The notes under the pieces are model-generated. The model worked only from the letters and a program-made list of their open reading frames with translations. It made no database searches and was not told where the DNA came from. A DNA stretch of 63,555 nt, filler included, from Phoronis australis (taxonomy: Eukaryota > Animalia > Phoronida), in NCBI GenBank assembly GCA_002633005.1. It is 7 parts of 7 records of this genome, joined end to end, with 100 filler letters (N's around TTAATTAATTAA, not from the genome) between each part and the next. Parts side by side here need not be neighbours in the genome. Positions count along the whole stretch, not along the records: positions 59,026 to 63,555 come from NMRA01002560.1; 6 more parts are not named here. One strand, 5' to 3'. The position numbers were made by a program, and so were the translations under genes. Below, in pieces: positions 61,060-63,555 of the stretch (within the stretch, counting starts at the first letter, position 1; each line of letters opens with the position of its first letter).

Positions 61060-63450
61060 CGATAGCATATGATATTAACAAGGCCCTAACCAATTTCATT
61101 TCAAATTTTTATGAAAATTGAGCGGAATTTTATGGTGTCCATGTGATGGTCAAAGCTCAATCGCTTTTACACGCAAAACGTCCATTAAGGATATTTCCAA
61201 CCTTATTCACAAAAATTGGCCATTTTTACAAAATTTCACTTGTGTCTAGCAAAATACCTTATCTTCATTCTCGGGGAACTTCAAATACGAAATATATACT
61301 GCGTAGCGAGAAAAAAAGATTTAGCAGAACCACCTTGGAAGCGCACAACCGCGTGGATATTTGTTGAGCACTTATCCAAGGTCAAAGGTTAAAGGGCTTT
61401 CAAGTAAATCGAGTCTCCCGCCAGGTACAGAACAGCTTCGGTATACCCTCAGTCCTTTCATTCACAAATTCGCCATAACACTGAACCAACGAGGTGTGGT
61501 TATGATAGAATGGTCCCGGGGAAAACGAATACAAAACGTAGTTTTTATCCTAAGGGAGTTGTGGATCTACATGCATACGACCGTTGACGTTGAAAACAAA
61601 TGCTACGAGTTGCCTCAGGCCTCAGTCTGGTCATGAACACAGAAAGTTGTGAAAAGATATAAATCCTCCCCCTTATTCCTTAATTCAATTATTAAGTTAA
61701 CATTTCGATGTTTCGATTTCATGTTAACGACTTACTTTAACCACCAATTCAATTTTTGTTATCCATTTCTTAGTTGGTTTGGTATCAGACTCCCAGCACG
61801 TGACGTGTACAGGCTATGAACTGTGACCTACTTTTCCAAGTAGGTCGTACAAAACGGCAAAAGTTGGCTGCGAAAGATAGGTCTATTTGAGGTTTTAATG
61901 ATATTTAAGGTACGCACTGCAAAATTAGTTGACATTCCAAGAAAACATTGAAATAGGTGACATAGTTAAGGATTCTATAGGTTATGTATACCGAAAACAA
62001 GTTTTCACAGAATAATTAACCAAAGACTTAGAGATTTTCACGTGTTCCAGTTTAATCGTTTTTTTTCTCGGCTTCGGCAAATCGACTTTATTTGAACTTA
62101 GGAACACGAGTTCTCGAAAACTTAATATTTAGTCACCAATCTCAAAAACGATGTTTGGATTTTTGATATAAAAGCTTAGTTTTTGTGTAATGTGACAAAG
62201 ACGAATACGACTTCAATTTTTTACAAAAATACCTTACGTTTTGCGAGTTGATTTGTCATAGAAACCAAACGAACAAACTAATCGAAAATTCCTAACAGCG
62301 TTTTTGAGGTAATTGATGAAGTTTTCATTTAAAAAAGGTTTCGTTAAAATCGACCGAGGGGTTATTTTGCTATGAATGTACCTTTCTTAAAAATGAAATT
62401 CTTTCTTAAGCTTTTTACGTAAAAATAATAATGACAAATAAATGCAAAAAGTACATTCATATTTCCTGGTCTTTGTTCTTTCAGAAAATATCTACTTTTA
62501 CTAGTTAACAAAGCTTAGTTTTTTTGATATAATTGTTAGAATGGAGGCCACTAAATAAGGTTGGACATAACCTTAAAAGCCCGTACTTTGAACGGCCAAT
62601 GCTTCTAAGAGGTTGGCGGGATTTCAGTTGCCGATAGCGCCTATAGATGGCAGTATAATCAACATTATAAGTACATATTTTATTTTGAAATTCATAAACA
62701 AAAAGTGGTGGCCAAAAAGGGTTTAAAAATCAATAATATTCAATTGGGTGTGTATTTAAATACCACACATGTCATTTTCGAAAGATATTTTAGCAGAATG
62801 TTTAAACATATTAAAAAGTTTTCAAATCCAGTGTGAATTACATATTTGTACGGTATATAAATAAAAATTGAATAGACCTGAACAGTTCAACTCTGCACAA
62901 TTTTGCATTGCATTTAAACGAGGAGTGAAAATCTAATGTCTAAATTATATTATTGAACAAAACAGGAATGATTGTCCACGTATATTTACTAGTACCGTTA
63001 CTATGCAAAAATCCTAGTTGTGAAAGAGGAAATTTGTTATTCCTAATTAAAATGGTCAGTGCATGTATAAGTAGGCCTAATCTGTAAGCATGCTGTGAGC
63101 TTGATATGGTAAATAAAAACTCAGGTTTAGATTAAAGGCTCAGATTGCTGGACCTAATAGCGCAGACCAGAAGTCTGATTAAAATAAATAAGACAGCTTC
63201 AAAACTGGCTGGTGTTGCTGTTTTTCAAAAAAGCAAAGAGACATCATTGTAAATGAGCCTCTCCAGATAGCGGGGGTCAATAACTTCTCAATAATTCATT
63301 TTATTTTTCGAAAAGGTTCCGGTGACTGCATTATAAAAAACGATTCACGTCTCGAGTTTTAAACAATAAGCAAAGCAACCGAAAAAAGATAACATAATTG
63401 TTTTCAATGTTTTTATTTCAACCCGATTCACCATATCATACACGCAGATA

Positions 63451-63555
63451 GGGTCGGCGTCGGGGTCGGGTTAGGGTTAGGGGTTAGGGCTAGGGCTAGG
63501 GCTAGGGAAAGGGGCTATGGCTAGGGGCTAGGGCTAGGGCTAGGGGTTAGGGGTT
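63451..63555 (+). repeat. Degenerate telomere-like repeat (TTAGGG/CTAGGG/TTAGGGG)
   Basis: G-rich hexamer and heptamer run reaching the end of the window. Confidence 0.8.

Overview
AT-rich, gapped, repeat-dense animal genomic DNA, probably from an invertebrate (inferred from the repeat content; the taxon cannot be determined). It is not prokaryotic, and most six-frame ORFs are spurious. Two spliced + strand genes can be reconstructed with consistent exon phases. (1) A signal peptide-CUB-CUB-LDLa protein (Neto/CULD-like architecture; exons 16013-23796; 3' end not found). (2) A 5'-incomplete gene with at least two tandem CTHRC1-type C-terminal domains (exons 41238-45517). The rest is transposon-derived. 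It includes a ~6.4 kb TIR element whose GTAGTGTACGTACCCC motif array is split by a Tx1/L1 LINE, an intronic Penelope-like inverted-repeat insertion with two variant hammerhead ribozymes, and three hAT-like MITEs with 5-bp TSDs. There are also Helentron-type non-autonomous elements, LINE remnants, a THAP remnant, tRNA-derived SINE heads, satellites, and degenerate TTAGGG repeats at the right end. Six gaps contain an artificial TTAATTAATTAA linker, so adjacency across them is uncertain. All calls come from reading the sequence; no searches were run.
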